Shown here piece after piece: positions 23,390 to 36,190 of a DNA stretch of 64,000 bases; positions within the stretch are counted from its first letter, which is position 1, and each line of letters begins with the position of its first letter. The stretch spans positions 51,256,206-51,320,205 of the forward strand of contig NC_068987.1 in the NCBI RefSeq assembly GCF_001194135.2, given 5' to 3'. The position numbers and the translations under genes are program-made. The notes beneath the pieces were generated by a model that saw nothing but the letters and a program-made list of their open reading frames with translations, searched no databases and was not told where the DNA came from. The stretch is from Octopus bimaculoides. Its lineage: Eukaryota.

Positions 23390-24808
23390 CACACTTTTGA
23401 ACAACGACAACACCCATACTGACGCAAGCTTTTCTTCCGAAAAAGTGGGAAAGAAAGGCAGAAACAATGGAAACACTCATAAAACAATTAGCAGTGCAAC
23501 CACGACTATCACCACCACTTCTCCTGTCACCACCACTATCACTTCTGTCAGGCAAACTGCTACCACCAACAACAATGTCACAGACAAACTAAATCATTTT
23601 GCTTCTGTTTTAAAACAAACAAAAAAAATATTTTATGTCCTACTCCACGGAAGAACTTCTACAATGTAAACAATAAGTATACAATGAAGACAGAGCCATT
23701 AAACTGAATACCCCACAAAATATTTTGCAAGACATTTCTAAAAACACCACTATTTACAAAACCCCGAACACAAAAAATAATACAAGCCACTCAAGAAACA
23801 ACTGAGAAATGTCTACAACCCATATGGGCTTTTAAAATACTATACACGACTATAAGTTATTAAAATTATTAAAGTCATATATAACATTACATTGCAAGAG
23901 GCAAAAGATTTGCCACGATCGAGGTAAGACTCGATACGGAAGAACGCGCAAAGGAGCACTCGATAAAAAGCCTGGAATGCAGGGAATTTATGATTCCAAC
24001 TTACCTCGGTCGTCGTGATAAAAAGCCTGGAATGCAGGGAATTTATGATTCCAACTTACCTCGGTCGTCGTGTGATAAAGGTAAAAATTAAAGATGTGAT
24101 TTTGAAATAGAAGTAAGATGGATGGTGTCAGCCATCTGTTATGGTTTTGTAGGTCAAATCAACATCTTAGAAATTGCCCTCCTGGAACAGCAAAATTGGA
24201 TTGTTGATTCTGGCAAATCAGGACACAATCGAAAATGTCCCAGATTTGATTCAACTTCCAGGTGGCACAAACCTACATGTAGCCGTTGAAGGCAGAAGGC
24301 CATGATGCTACCTTAGTGGTAGCAGATACCATCTAAAAAAAAACTGCAAATTAGCAAAAGAAGAAGAAGGACAACAACAGCAAAACCAAAAACCACACAG
24401 CCCACACTGCCAGCAACACAATTGATAAAGAAAATGAAAGAACTCCACCACCAAAGAAACCAACCCAACCAAACAACACCACCATCAGCGCCACCAAGTA
24501 CAGAAACAATATCATCACCAAAAACAACTACAGAAGCATCCAACCCAGAGGGAAAAAACTAACCTCCATCCCCAACAACCCATACATCGCATCCCAATAA
24601 CCACCAATCAACATCAAGAACAGCAACAACATCAACACACTCACAAATCGATCCCAATACCCTTCCACTCCCTTCTGATTCCTCCGACATGTCGTTTGAC
24701 GAAGGTGATATAGAAGAATGGCAAATGGCCACAAGGGGGAGAAGAAAAAGAGGAAAGAAATATAGCAGCCAAATCTTGACTCTAAACCACAATAAATGCT
24801 CATATTAG
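23390..24808 (+). mobile_element. Tx1/L1-like ORF1, divergent copy E
   Basis: TTIYKT..KIIQATQETTEKCLQPIW..YIARGKRFATIEVRL..IPTYLGRR..VAVEGRRP*CYLSGSRYHLKKNC, followed by a P/T/S-rich tail. Homologous layout to copies A-D. Confidence 0.65.
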
Positions 24809-24842
24809 CACAAAGAGCGAAGACGAAGACAAAATAAACTAG

Positions 24843-25267
24843 CAAAAATTGTAGAGGCTGGATTGGGTCCCGTCTTCCGCGGTAGGATCGCTGTCTTATA
24901 CAGCGGCATCCACTCGGTAGTTCGCGTAAATGGTCATGTATCCAGACCATTTAACCTCATGCGTTCGATCCGTCAAGGATGCCCCCACTCTTCACTTCTG
25001 TACTTACTGACTCCAGAGCCAATACTGCAGAAGCTGGCGACGCTGAGGGGCATCACGCGAGAACGGGGATGCGGGAGGTGCGTGTCTGCATACGCGGATG
25101 ACGTCACCGTCATAGTGTCGAGTCACAGGTATATCGTCCTGCGCGGCAAGACACTAAAAGAATACGAAGCGGTAACGGAAGCGAAAATTAATTCGGAAAA
25201 GTTAGTGGGTTTTAGGCTTGGCACCTGGAGAAGCAAGCCCATACTATCCAACAGCGTCTCCATCTAG
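24843..25267 (+). mobile_element. Tx1/L1-clade reverse-transcriptase fragment
   Basis: Open frame with VRVNGH..RSIRQGCP..VSAYADDVTV (YADD at 25091-25102)..AKINSEK. Confidence 0.9.
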
Positions 25268-25409
25268 AGGGAAGTTTTGTCTCATAAAAATTTCAGTAAA
25301 AGGCGAGTGAATGTAGCAAAGATGTACACGTGAATAACGGAACTACTTTGAGCATGATCCTGTAAATCCAAGAGAGAGAAAGAAAGAGAGAGAGAGAGAG
25401 AAAGAGAGA

Positions 25410-25478
<69 letters not shown>

Positions 25479-25971
25479 CGCTTTCCTCTCATGTGTTTCT
25501 TCCCCGGCCTGACGTTACGGTGGTCTTTTTCGTAGGCTTTTCTTTCCACGGNNNNNNNNNNNNNNNNNNNNNNNNNNNNNNNNNNNNNNNNNNNNNNNNN
25601 NNNNNNNNNNNNNNNNNNNNNNNNNNNNNNNNNNNNNNNNNNNNNNNNNNNNNNNNNNNNNNNNNNNNNNNNNNNNNNNNNNNNNNNNNNNNNNNNNNNN
25701 NNNNNNNNNNNNNNNNNNNNNNNNNNNNNNNNNNNNNNNNNNNNNNNNNNNNNNNNNNNNNNNNNNNNNNNNNNNNNNNNNNNNNNNNNNNNNNNNNNNN
25801 NNNNNNNNNNNNNNNNNNNNNNNNNNNNNNNNNNNNNNNNNNNNNNNNNNNNNNNNNNNNNNNNNNNNNNNNNNNNNNNNNNNNNNNNNNNNNNNNNNNN
25901 NNNNNNNNNNNNNNNNNNNNNNNNNNNNNNNNNNNNNNNNNNNNNNNNNNNNNNNNNNNNNNNNATCCAGC

Positions 25972-26061
<90 letters not shown>

Positions 26062-26515
26062 CTCCTCCATTTACTACTTTGGTAGCTCTCTATCACTCTC
26101 TTTCGAACTATCACTCTACATTATTTCTATTCAAATACCTCTCTATTTATTTATTTATTTATTTATTTATCCATTCATTCATTTATTTATTTAAGCGTAA
26201 GGTAAATAAATGATACCGCACTATAATAGCGATACGGAATAAACCTTCTCACGAACTGGAACTACATAAGGAGAAGAATTGTTTACGCCATTAATGACCA
26301 TTATTGACAATAATGAGGCTTTGGATGTTGGTTAGAGATGATGCTTAAATCACACGGTGAGATAATTTCAGTGCACAACAGAACATCAGATGCTGTTCCC
26401 ATTCTAGCGTGGTAAGATATCGCTAACGTGAAAGAAGATTTCTTCTTTGAGATATACATGCACACATGCATATATATACATATATATATATACATATACA
26501 TGCATACATATATAC

Positions 26516-26550
<35 letters not shown>

Positions 26551-27037
26551 NNNNNNNNNNNNNNNNNNNNNNNNNNNNNNNNNNNNNNNNNNNNNNNNNN
26601 NNNNNNNNNNNNNNNNNNNNNNNNNNNNNNNNNNNNNNNNNNNNNNNNNNNNNNNNNNNNNNNNNNNNNNNNNNNNNNNNNNNNNNNNNNNNNNNNNNNN
26701 NNNNNNNNNNNNNNNNNNNNNNNNNNNNNNNNNNNNNNNNNNNNNNNNNNNNNNNNNNNNNNNNNNNNNNNNNNNNNNNNNNNNNNNNNNNNNNNNNNNN
26801 NNNNNNNNNNNNNNNNNNNNNNNNNNNNNNNNNNNNNNCAAATCTTGATCATATCTGGAAAAAAAAAATATTTAGTTACACCAGCATACACGCGTTTGTA
26901 TGACAGGTAATGATTTTCTCATTTTCCCTTCGGATATACGGGTATATACATGGAGTTCTAAATACTGGTTATTTGTCATGCAATTCAAATTCTAAATGGT
27001 ATTACAATCGTAATTTATAATTCTACAATATGTATAC

Positions 27038-27950
27038 ATGTCATTATTCAGTTTATTTCAAGATTTCTTGCCAATAGAGAAAGAACTGGTTTCTAACCTA
27101 GATCAAGGCTTCTTCTTTGGAATTTCAACATCAACATCAGAGTATTTTTCTATGTATGTATGTATATATGTATTATGTATGTATGTATGTATGCATGTGC
27201 AGATTTGTGTGTTTTATATATTCTCATGCATATAATTGCATATCTAGACATGCTCATATATATTTGAATGATAAACCTCTGGGAAGTTTTACAGATTTTT
27301 ACAGTTCCAGTGATGGATTGGATCTGTAGTCTTCGAATTAGCTTTCTCCTTTTGAGAAGCCTAATTTTTCAAGATTGGTATTTAGGCAGTGTGTTACATT
27401 TCCCAGGGTCCCAATAATTACAGGTATGAACCTGAACTCGTAATCTCGACAGAGCGACTGAGGATTTCTCAATAGTTCAGCATAGGTGTTCTCTTTTTCA
27501 CTGATCTTCAGCTTTATGTCAACATCTGCTGAACAGCTAATTTCCACAATTGTGCACAGTTTCTTTTCTCATCCCAAATTATATCAGGTCTGTTGCGCTT
27601 ACATTTTATTGAGGTCTTCAGTGGGATTTTGCACCAGTATAACTTATTATTATGAGTGCAATACCATATTGCTTGCTCTTATTTCTTTGTCCGTGGGATC
27701 ATCCTTCCGGCGGATTTCCTTATGGAGTCTCTTAGCTACAACAATATGTCTCATTGGTAGATAAAACCGTGATGATATTTTCGGACAACTGCTTATGATG
27801 TGGATGATATGTTCAGTGTGAACTCCACAAAATCCGCATCGGTTGTCACATTTTACTACTTTTACTGCATTTCTGTCCCTTTTGTGCATCAGGTACTTGG
27901 TCGATACTTTCTCATCCTGGATTGCAAACGCACACCTTTCACAGTGAGAG
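27038..27950 (-). mobile_element. R4/Dong-like LINE 3' fragment (CCHC + RLE)
   Basis: CGFCGVHTEHIIHIISSCPKISSRFYLPMRH, EISCSADV..IPVIIGTLG, ending QSITGTVKICK. 3'UTR contains (CATA)n. Confidence 0.85.
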
Positions 27951-28020
27951 GTATGTATGTGTGTATGTATGTATGTATGTATTATGTATGTATGTATGTA
28001 TGTATGTACGTATGTATGTG

Positions 28021-28210
28021 TGGAGGCGCAATGGCCCGGTGGTTAGGGCAACGGACTCGCGGTCATAGGATCGCGGTTTCGATTCCCAGACCGGGCGTTG
28101 TGAGTGTTTATTGAGCAAAAACACCTAAAGCTCCACGAGGCTCCGGCAGGGGATGGTGGCGAATCCTGTTGTACTCTTCCACAACAACTTTCTCTCACTC
28201 TTACTTCCTG
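28021..28210 (+). mobile_element. tRNA-derived SINE
   Basis: ggaggcgcaatggcccggtggttaggg (A box), gtttcgattcc (B box); truncated by a gap. Confidence 0.8.
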
Positions 28211-28848
28211 NNNNNNNNNNNNNNNNNNNNNNNNNNNNNNNNNNNNNNNNNNNNNNNNNNNNNNNNNNNNNNNNNNNNNNNNNNNNNNNNNNNNNNNNNN
28301 NNNNNNNNNNNNNNNNNNNNNNNNNNNNNNNNNNNNNNNNNNNNNNNNNNNNNNNNNNNNNNNNNNNNNNNNNNNNNNNNNNNNNNNNNNNNNNNNNNNN
28401 NNNNNNNNNNNNNNNNNNNNNNNNNNNNNNNNNNNNNNNNNNNNNNNNNNNNNNNNNNNNNNNNNNNNNNNNNNNNNNNNNNNNNNNNNNNNNNNNNNNN
28501 NNNNNNNNNNNNNNNNNNNNNNNNNNNNNNNNNNNNNNNNNNNNNNNNNNNNNNNNNNNNNNNNNNNNNNNNNNNNNNNNNNNNNNNNNNNNNNNNNNNN
28601 NNNNNNNNNNNNNNNNNNNNNNNNNNNNNNNNNNNNNNNNNNNNNNNNNNNNNNNNNNNNNNNNNNNNNNNNNNNNNNNNNNNNNNNNNNNNNNNNNNNN
28701 NNNNNNNNNNNNNNNNNNNNNNNNNNNNNNNNNNNNNNNNNNNNATATATGTATATATATATATATACGAATATACAGAATGAGAACGAGAGAGAGAAAG
28801 GGAGCGAGGGAAGGAGGGAGAAAGAGAAAAAGAAAGAGAAAAAATGAA

Positions 28849-29069
28849 CCCATTAATGCATAGCGTCCAGAAAAATGGACGCAGGAAAAATTACTATTGC
28901 TTGTTAAGTAAACTACCAATTGAGCTTATTTTGGGGATAGTCTGACTATAAACTAGTGTTCTATGAGTTAATCGGCGCTGCGTGATTACAAACCAACTAT
29001 ACACACGTACGAAACATATAATAGTAATTTTTCCTGCGTCCGTTTTTCTGGAAGCTGTGCATTAATGAG
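28849..29069. mobile_element. piggyBac-type MITE
   Basis: ~50-bp TIRs cccattaatgcatagcgtccagaaaaatggacgcaggaaaaattactat / atagtaatttttcctgcgtccgtttttctggaagctgtgcattaatgag. Flanks TGAA and TTAA. Confidence 0.8.
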
Positions 29070-29139
29070 TTAAAGACATAAGCAAAGGAAGACGTAGAAA
29101 TAATGACAAAAACTGGGAGTTAGTATAATTTTAAATTTC

Positions 29140-29345
29140 GGATATTCTCTTATTTGCTTCAGTCATTTGACTGCCGTCATGCTGGAGCACTGCCTTGAAG
29201 GGCTTTAGTCAAACAAATCGAAGCAAGGACTTATTTTTAAAGCCTAGTACTTAATCTATCGGTCTCTTGCCAAACCCCTAAGTTATGGGTACTTAAACAC
29301 ACCAACACCGGTTGTCAAGCGTTGATGGAGGTGACAAACACAGGC
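29140..29345 (-). mobile_element. SINE family 1, 3' half
   Basis: Reverse complement matches 45958-46088 (gaccgatag..aagtactaggc..gtgctccagcatg..gactgaa). Confidence 0.75.
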
Positions 29346-29429
29346 AGAAAGAAACGCATACATAGATATATACATACATATATATCTATATCTACATACA
29401 TACATATACACAAGCAATATACCTCGGAC

Positions 29430-29870
29430 ACAATATGGCATATATCCACCTCCGCTATTTCAGCCTTTGCTGCGGCAACCATTTCCGGAAAATTCCCACA
29501 GGGATTACTTTACACGGATACTTACTACTGGAATGAAACTACACTCCAAGTACTGTTTTCTCTTTCTTTTTTCAGCGCATCACACTCACTCTCACTTCAT
29601 ACTATAACTCTCCCCCTATGGATATAATAATCGATTCCTTTACTATTTCTGTCTCCGATGAAGGGAAGTACTGGATCTTCCCAGAAGCAGCTGTACGACT
29701 CTATCCATAAAATATATTTCCAGCTTTACCATTGCTCTCTTTACCTTTTTATATATTTCTACATACACACGCTAAGACACGACTTATAATCCCCAATCAT
29801 GTTCATACAACGACTGGAGCAAAACTAGTCTGTATACAGCACTTACTCGGTATTACCTGTATCTTTTTGG
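29430..29870 (+). mobile_element. Penelope-like terminal-repeat family copy with hammerhead-like motif
   Basis: Colinear with the 14379-14960 copies. Motif at 29651-29699: gtct ccgatga a gggaag..cttccc a gaag cagctg ta cgac. Confidence 0.55.
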
Positions 29871-29941
29871 GTTTGGTTAAATCCAATACCCTCCTCAAAC
29901 TTGTACATACATACACACATACACACACACACACATACAGA

Positions 29942-29991
<50 letters not shown>

Positions 29992-30759
29992 NNNNNNNNN
30001 NNNNNNNNNNNNNNNNNNNNNNNNNNNNNNNNNNNNNNNNNNNNNNNNNNNNNNNNNNNNNNNNNNNNNNNNNNNNNNNNNNAATATATGTGTGCGTGTA
30101 TATATATAAAGTAATGAACTGAGGAAAAGTAATCCTTGAAAGGGGCGTATTAAACATCCAATTTACTAGTACGTCAGTTGAATACCATATAAATATTGGT
30201 ATAATGAAATTATAAAGATAAATTAAATTTAGAGATACTATTGACAATCCAAAAATTCATTTATATTGTAATATTACATGATATACTTTGAATATAATAT
30301 ATAGCATAACATAATATTATATAAAATAAACAATTATTAAAGAAAAACATAAAAATCCAACAAATTGTTTCGATTTATTATTACAATGCAGCCATGCTTT
30401 TTCTGTGGTTTCAGAATTTTCTTTATGCTAGGCCACTGGTTTTAAATTGGTGTTGTATCCAATTTATCACTCTTATTATTTAAATTTTAATAATTATGTT
30501 CTCTAACCGGAGACGGTTACTGCAGTGAATTATCATCAGCAGAATTGTTTCCGGTATATAGTGTTCCAGAACTGGGACTTTTGAAAATAACCCCAATGTA
30601 ATCGGTAGAACTGTACACATGTCTAATGTGATGTGGACAACTCGGGTATTGTTCTACAAATTATATTGAATAGAACGGTTGTATCGATGAGCCTCGGATG
30701 GGTTATCACGAGTATCTTGTTAAATAACCTCCGTGAGCTTCGAAACCTTCGTCACCAGA

Positions 30760-31027
30760 TGTTGTAACGTAATTGTTACGTACAATAAATAAAATAACCA
30801 AACAATAGTAAAAGTAATGTAACGAACTTACAAATCTCTTTACGAACCAACAATTAATATTCCTTCTAATCTAACTAACCAACACTTCCCAACTACACTG
30901 CGAATTAACACGAAATCCATTTGACTCGGAACTCTGAACTCTTGAACTCACTCAGATCATTACTATTTATATTTGAGTCGGACCAATCTATCTCTCACAA
31001 GAGGACATCGTAACTCTCATCACGACA
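30760..31027 (-). repeat. Solo-LTR-like repeat
   Basis: Minus strand begins tgtcgtg and ends acaaca, with tataaata inside. No matching TSD. Confidence 0.35.
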
Positions 31028-31029
31028 AA

Positions 31030-31430
31030 TATTGAACCAAAATGGGTATCATTCTCTCCAGCAGCGTCATGTCATTCCATCTGGACGAGGCCGGTCGGTG
31101 ATGATTTCGTGTTGATGCTAAATAACAATCCTAAACAGACTTCTAAGCTATGCAAAATCTATTTACAGAAGAAAATAGATGAAACAAAATTGATTGTAAG
31201 GGAACGCTGCCCAATCTCCTGCTTACAATTCTATCAACATTGTGTGGGATTAACTGGATCACAGAGTCAAAAAGCGACAACCAAGTAGTGCAGAAACCCT
31301 CTGAACACGCTTACAACAGGAATAGCAGAATATAGCCAGAGAAAATTCGCTTTCATTGGTCGAACGAAAGCCCAGAGTATCCTCCACAGAGATCAATGCC
31401 AAGGGCGAATATTTAGATGAGTCTAAGATT
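31030..31430 (+). mobile_element. Tc1 (DD34E) transposase C-terminal remnant
   Basis: LNQNGYH..DDFVLMLNNNPKQTSKLCK..SP..VWD*LD.RVKKRQPSSAETL..NAKGEYLDESKI, frameshifted. Confidence 0.75.
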
Positions 31431-31638
31431 CAGAGTTTTTCCTTGATTTTTCAGTTTTTTTTTAGTTGGGGAGGTAATTATGTCATTCAATGAATGTAAC
31501 TATACATTAATAAAATATTTCAGCAGAATCTCTCGGTTATTTCCATGTTGTAGATGCTATTTTCAGAATAACTTTAGGTGATCCTAAACTTTTGGATAGA
31601 AGTATACTCACACAGACACAGACACACACACAGACATA

Positions 31639-31701
<63 letters not shown>

Positions 31702-31721
31702 ACACACATACACACACACAT

Positions 31722-32080
31722 GGGCAGGCACGGCTGCGTTTTAAGAAGCTTGCCTACCAACCATATGTTTCTGGATTCAGTTCTTGTGCGTTGGATCTTG
31801 GACAAGCGTCTGTGTTTGTCTCTTTCTTTGGCTTCGCACTGGCCAAAATCTTGTGGGTGGATTTGATAGAAGCCCGTTGTATATATAGCATATCACCACC
31901 GATTGACAATCGGTCTTGGCATGTTTACATCCCCGTAACTTAGCGGTTCGCAAAAGGAACCGATTGAATAAATACCAGGCTTAACAGAAAAACAAAATGT
32001 ACTGGAGTCGATTCATCCAATTAAAAATTGTTCAAGCTGGTACCCCAGTATGACCATGGTCTTACGACCGAAACAAGTAT
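31722..32080 (+). mobile_element. SINE family 1, near full length, diverged
   Basis: Head gcaggcacggctgcg..aagaagcttgcctaccaacc; tail cttagcggttcgcaaaaggaaccgattgaataaatacc..gaccgaaacaagt. Confidence 0.75.
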
Positions 32081-32084
32081 ATGA

Positions 32085-32168
32085 GATAGTAGAAGACACT
32101 TGTCGAGGGTCCAGGCAGTGGGACTGAACAGGGAACCATATGGTCGTGAACGAAACTTCTTATCACAG
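32085..32168 (-). mobile_element. SINE family 1 head fragment
   Basis: Minus strand ..accatatggttccctgttcagtcccactgcc..caagtgtcttctactat. Confidence 0.6.
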
Positions 32169-33263
32169 AAGGGGAGAGAGAGAGAGAGAGGGACGGAGAG
32201 AGAGAAAGAGAGAGAAAGAGCGAGAGAGAAAGATAGAAAGAAAACAAGATTATAATAACATAAATGGTATAACTCCCCCCTTCGGTAATGTTCTCTTTAT
32301 AACCCGACTTATACTAGAGCCAAATATTTCTTGTGTTATATATGACTATATGCCTCTGTATCTCCCATAATATCTTCATACGTGTGCCTGTGTCTGTGTA
32401 TCAGTGAGTCTGTGTGTCTATGTCTGTATGTAACTATATATCTATATACATATACAATGTATGTAGGTATGAGTATGTATATATATATATATATATATAT
32501 ATNNNNNNNNNNNNNNNNNNNNNNNNNNNNNNNNNNNNNNNNNNNNNNNNNNNNNNNNNNNNNNNNNNNNNNNNNNNNNNNNNNNNNNNNNNNNNNNNNN
32601 NNNNNNNNNNNNNNNNNNNNNNNNNNNNNNNNNNNNNNNNNNNNNNNNNNNNNNNNNNNNNNNNNNNNNNNNNNNNNNNNNNNNNNNNNNNNNNNNNNNN
32701 NNNNNNNNNNNNNNNNNNNNNNNNNNNNNNNNNNNNNNNNNNNNNNNNNNNNNNNNNNNNNNNNNNNNNNNNNNNNNNNNNNNNNNNNNNNNNNNNNNNN
32801 NNNNNNNNNNNNNNNNNNNNNNNNNNNNNNNNNNNNNNNNNNNNNNNNNNNNNNNNNNNNNNNNNNNNNNNNNNNNNNNNNNNNNNNNNNNNNNNNNNNN
32901 NNNNNNNNNNNNNNNNNNNNNNNNNNNNNNNNNNNNNNNNNNNNNNNNNNNNNNNNNNNNNNNNNNNNNNNNNNNNNNNNNNNNNNNNNNNNNNNNNNNN
33001 NNNNNNNNNNNNNNNNNNNNNNNNNNNNNNNNNNNNNNNNNNNNNNNNNNNNNNNNNNNNNNNNNNNNNNNNNNNNNNNNNNNNNNNNNNNNNNNNNNNN
33101 NNNNNNNNNNNNNNNNNNNNNNNNNNNNNNNNNNNNNNNNNNNNNNNNNNNNNNNNNNNNNNNNNNNNNNNNNNNNNNNNNNNNNNNNNNNNNNNNNNNN
33201 NNNNNNNNNNNNNNNNNNNNNNNNNNNNNNNNNNNNNNNNNNNNNNNNNNNNNNNNNNNNNNN

Positions 33264-33264
<1 letters not shown>

Positions 33265-33353
<89 letters not shown>

Positions 33354-33394
33354 ACTACAACCACTTCTTTTACTATTGTTTACTGCTGCTGCTG

Positions 33395-33427
<33 letters not shown>

Positions 33428-33810
33428 ATGATAACTACAACATCACTAATAATAATAATAATAAGAAGAAGAAGAAGAAGAAGAAAAAGAAGGAGAAGAA
33501 GAAGAAGAAGAAGAAGAAGAAAAAGAAGAAGAAGAAGAAGGAGAAGAAGAAGAAGGAGAAGAAGAAGAAGAAGAAGAAGAAGAAGAAAAAGAAGAAGAAG
33601 GAGAAGAAGAAGAAGAAGAAGAAGAAGAAGAAGGAGAAGAAGAAGAAGGAGAAGAAGAAGAAGGAGAAGAAGAAGAAGGAGAAGAAGAAGAAGAAGAAAA
33701 AGAAGAAGAAGAAAAGAAGAAGAAGAAGAAAAAGAAGAAAAAGAAGAAGAAGAAGAAGAATAGCAACAACAACAACAACAACAACAACAATAATAAAAAT
33801 AATAATGATA
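33265..33810. repeat. Compound trinucleotide microsatellite (ACT/GCT/AAT/AAG/AAC)
   Basis: Seen directly. Confidence 0.95.
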
Positions 33811-34282
33811 ATAACTGAATTGAATTGTCTTGTGGATTATTTTACAAATAACAATTGACGTAACAAATGTAAACGAAAAAATTCTCACCTCTCAACGATG
33901 TAAAACACTCTTGTTCTTGCTAGAAGTAAATGGAAAGAAATAATGATACTCAGAAATGCGATATCTTCTCTAATTTCATATGTATTGCAGTCCCATGCCG
34001 CAATCTTTCACGTAAATTGGCATGAATATCATAATATATACCTACTCCTTTATGCGACTTCATCTACGAGTACAACTTTTCTTTGTTATACCCCGTGGAG
34101 TATGACAATATAGAATTGCACTTAAATATTCAATGCAATGTTTGAGGTAAACCTATTCTCATATATTCTCTTTTACAGATATACACACCTCTTTAAATAC
34201 TTACATATATATATATGACTAAATATAAGTTTATATATTTGTATATATGTATGTATGTATGTATGTATGTTTGTATGTATGC

Positions 34283-34328
<46 letters not shown>

Positions 34329-35818
34329 ATTGTCATAAAATAAGGATACAAATTACGTTAATGATAATTATCAGGTAGTCAGCATGGAAAAAAGCAATTT
34401 ATAGCAAGTTATAAGCTGGTCGTCGTGTGAAGAATTTTAATCTGACTTTTTCGAATCTATACTTGCAAGTGTTTGTGTATAAACGTGCAAACTCGTTTTG
34501 TATGTATCAACAGTCGTTCGTATATTTTTTTTACATATATTGCGCTNNNNNNNNNNNNNNNNNNNNNNNNNNNNNNNNNNNNNNNNNNNNNNNNNNNNNN
34601 NNNNNNNNNNNNNNNNNNNNNNNNNNNNNNNNNNNNNNNNNNNNNNNNNNNNNNNNNNNNNNNNNNNNNNNNNNNNNNNNNNNNNNNNNNNNNNNNNNNN
34701 NNNNNNNNNNNNNNNNNNNNNNNNNNNNNNNNNNNNNNNNNNNNNNNNNNNNNNNNNNNNNNNNNNNNNNNNNNNNNNNNNNNNNNNNNNNNNNNNNNNN
34801 NNNNNNNNNNNNNNNNNNNNNNNNNNNNNNNNNNNNNNNNNNNNNNNNNNNNNNNNNNNNNNNNNNNNNNNNNNNNNNNNNNNNNNNNNNNNNNNNNNNN
34901 NNNNNNNNNNNNNNNNNNNNNNNNNNNNNNNNNNNNNNNNNNNNNNNNNNNNNNNNNNNNNNNNNNNNNNNNNNNNNNNNNNNNNNNNNNNNNNNNNNNN
35001 NNNNNNNNNNNNNNNNNNNNNNNNNNNNNNNNNNNNNNNNNNNNNNNNNNNNNNNNNNNNNNNNNNNNNNNNNNNNNNNNNNNNNNNNNNNNNNNNNNNN
35101 NNNNNNNNNNNNNNNNNNNNNNNNNNNATATATATATATATATATACTGGCAGAGAATACCACTTCAAAACTCGCACCTCCGATGAGCCATTCTGTAACT
35201 GTAGAAAATCTGCATCTCAATATTTCTGATCATGCATATAAAAATGTACCTTTTCAAGCAAATAATAATAGAAGAATACTAAGCATCAGTTAATTAAAAT
35301 TCTCGGCTCTCTGAATAATGTTACAGCATCTACCTAATAGATGGATGGTCCACATACTGCGCAAATTCGTTGCAGTAGTTACCAGCCAACCTTTTAAGTA
35401 GAAACACAAAGGGTGATTTGAAAATCTCAAAATAGGTTGCGTGGCGTAGAGTCCTGCGCTCGGATGGTAAGAATAGTTACATCGAGATAAAGTAGAAACT
35501 CTATCTGATGGATAGTTATGCGGGGAGAAGCATTGCCAAAACAGGCTAAATATTAACGATGACGCTGTTGACAATAAGTACAATGTTAACCATAATAATA
35601 ATACTTATTTCTAATTTGTGGCACAAGGTCAGTAATTCTACATACATGAAGCTATAGACACACTGAAACACACATATACAAATGCACACACACATACGTA
35701 CACTCACACACACATAGTACACTCACACACACATACGTACACTCTCACACACATATTTGACATCTGACTGTTCAAAGAACACTTCAAAAGAAGTAACTAG
35801 AAGCAAATTCTCTTGCAA

Positions 35819-36190
35819 ATGGACAAGCTCTGCCATCGTAGTGTCAACAAGTACCTGTAGAAAAGGGCTTTATTTCACAACGACATTGATGTTGACATGG
35901 TTGATACATTAGGGAATGACACTCCAGCTTTATCAACAGTGCAAAAGTTGTCAATTGAATTTAGGAGGGTAAGGAAGAAGACCCAAGCTCTAGAAATCCT
36001 GGAAGTCCCACCATCAAGGAAAACAATGATCGTGCTCACAACTTGGAGATAGATAATAGGCAATTGACTATAAATAAAGTAGCCAATTCTATTAGAGAGT
36101 TGAAAATATTCTGTTCGGCGGTGCCTTCTGACACCTGATCAAAAGTACACTAGGCTGATTACATCACGGGAATATCTGACATTGCTTTAA
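35819..36190 (+). mobile_element. mariner transposase N-terminal remnant
   Basis: MDKLCHRSVNKYL*K..DMVDTLGNDTPALSTVQK..EFRR..DNRQLTINKVAN..LTPDQKYTRLITSRE. Confidence 0.8.

Noticed and set aside
19790-24071. CRISPR-like repeat-spacer array (135-bp subrepeats, 55-bp duplication)
   Set aside because: No conserved short repeats with unique spacers, eukaryotic context, and no cas genes.
28021-28100. tRNA gene (also at the other SINE heads)
   Set aside because: A and B boxes are present, but there is no acceptor-stem closure and SINE body sequence follows.
33373-33888. Poly-K/E/L/S/R ORFs (also 48510-48901, 11285-11473, 11626-11847)
   Set aside because: Open frames arise trivially from trinucleotide repeats.
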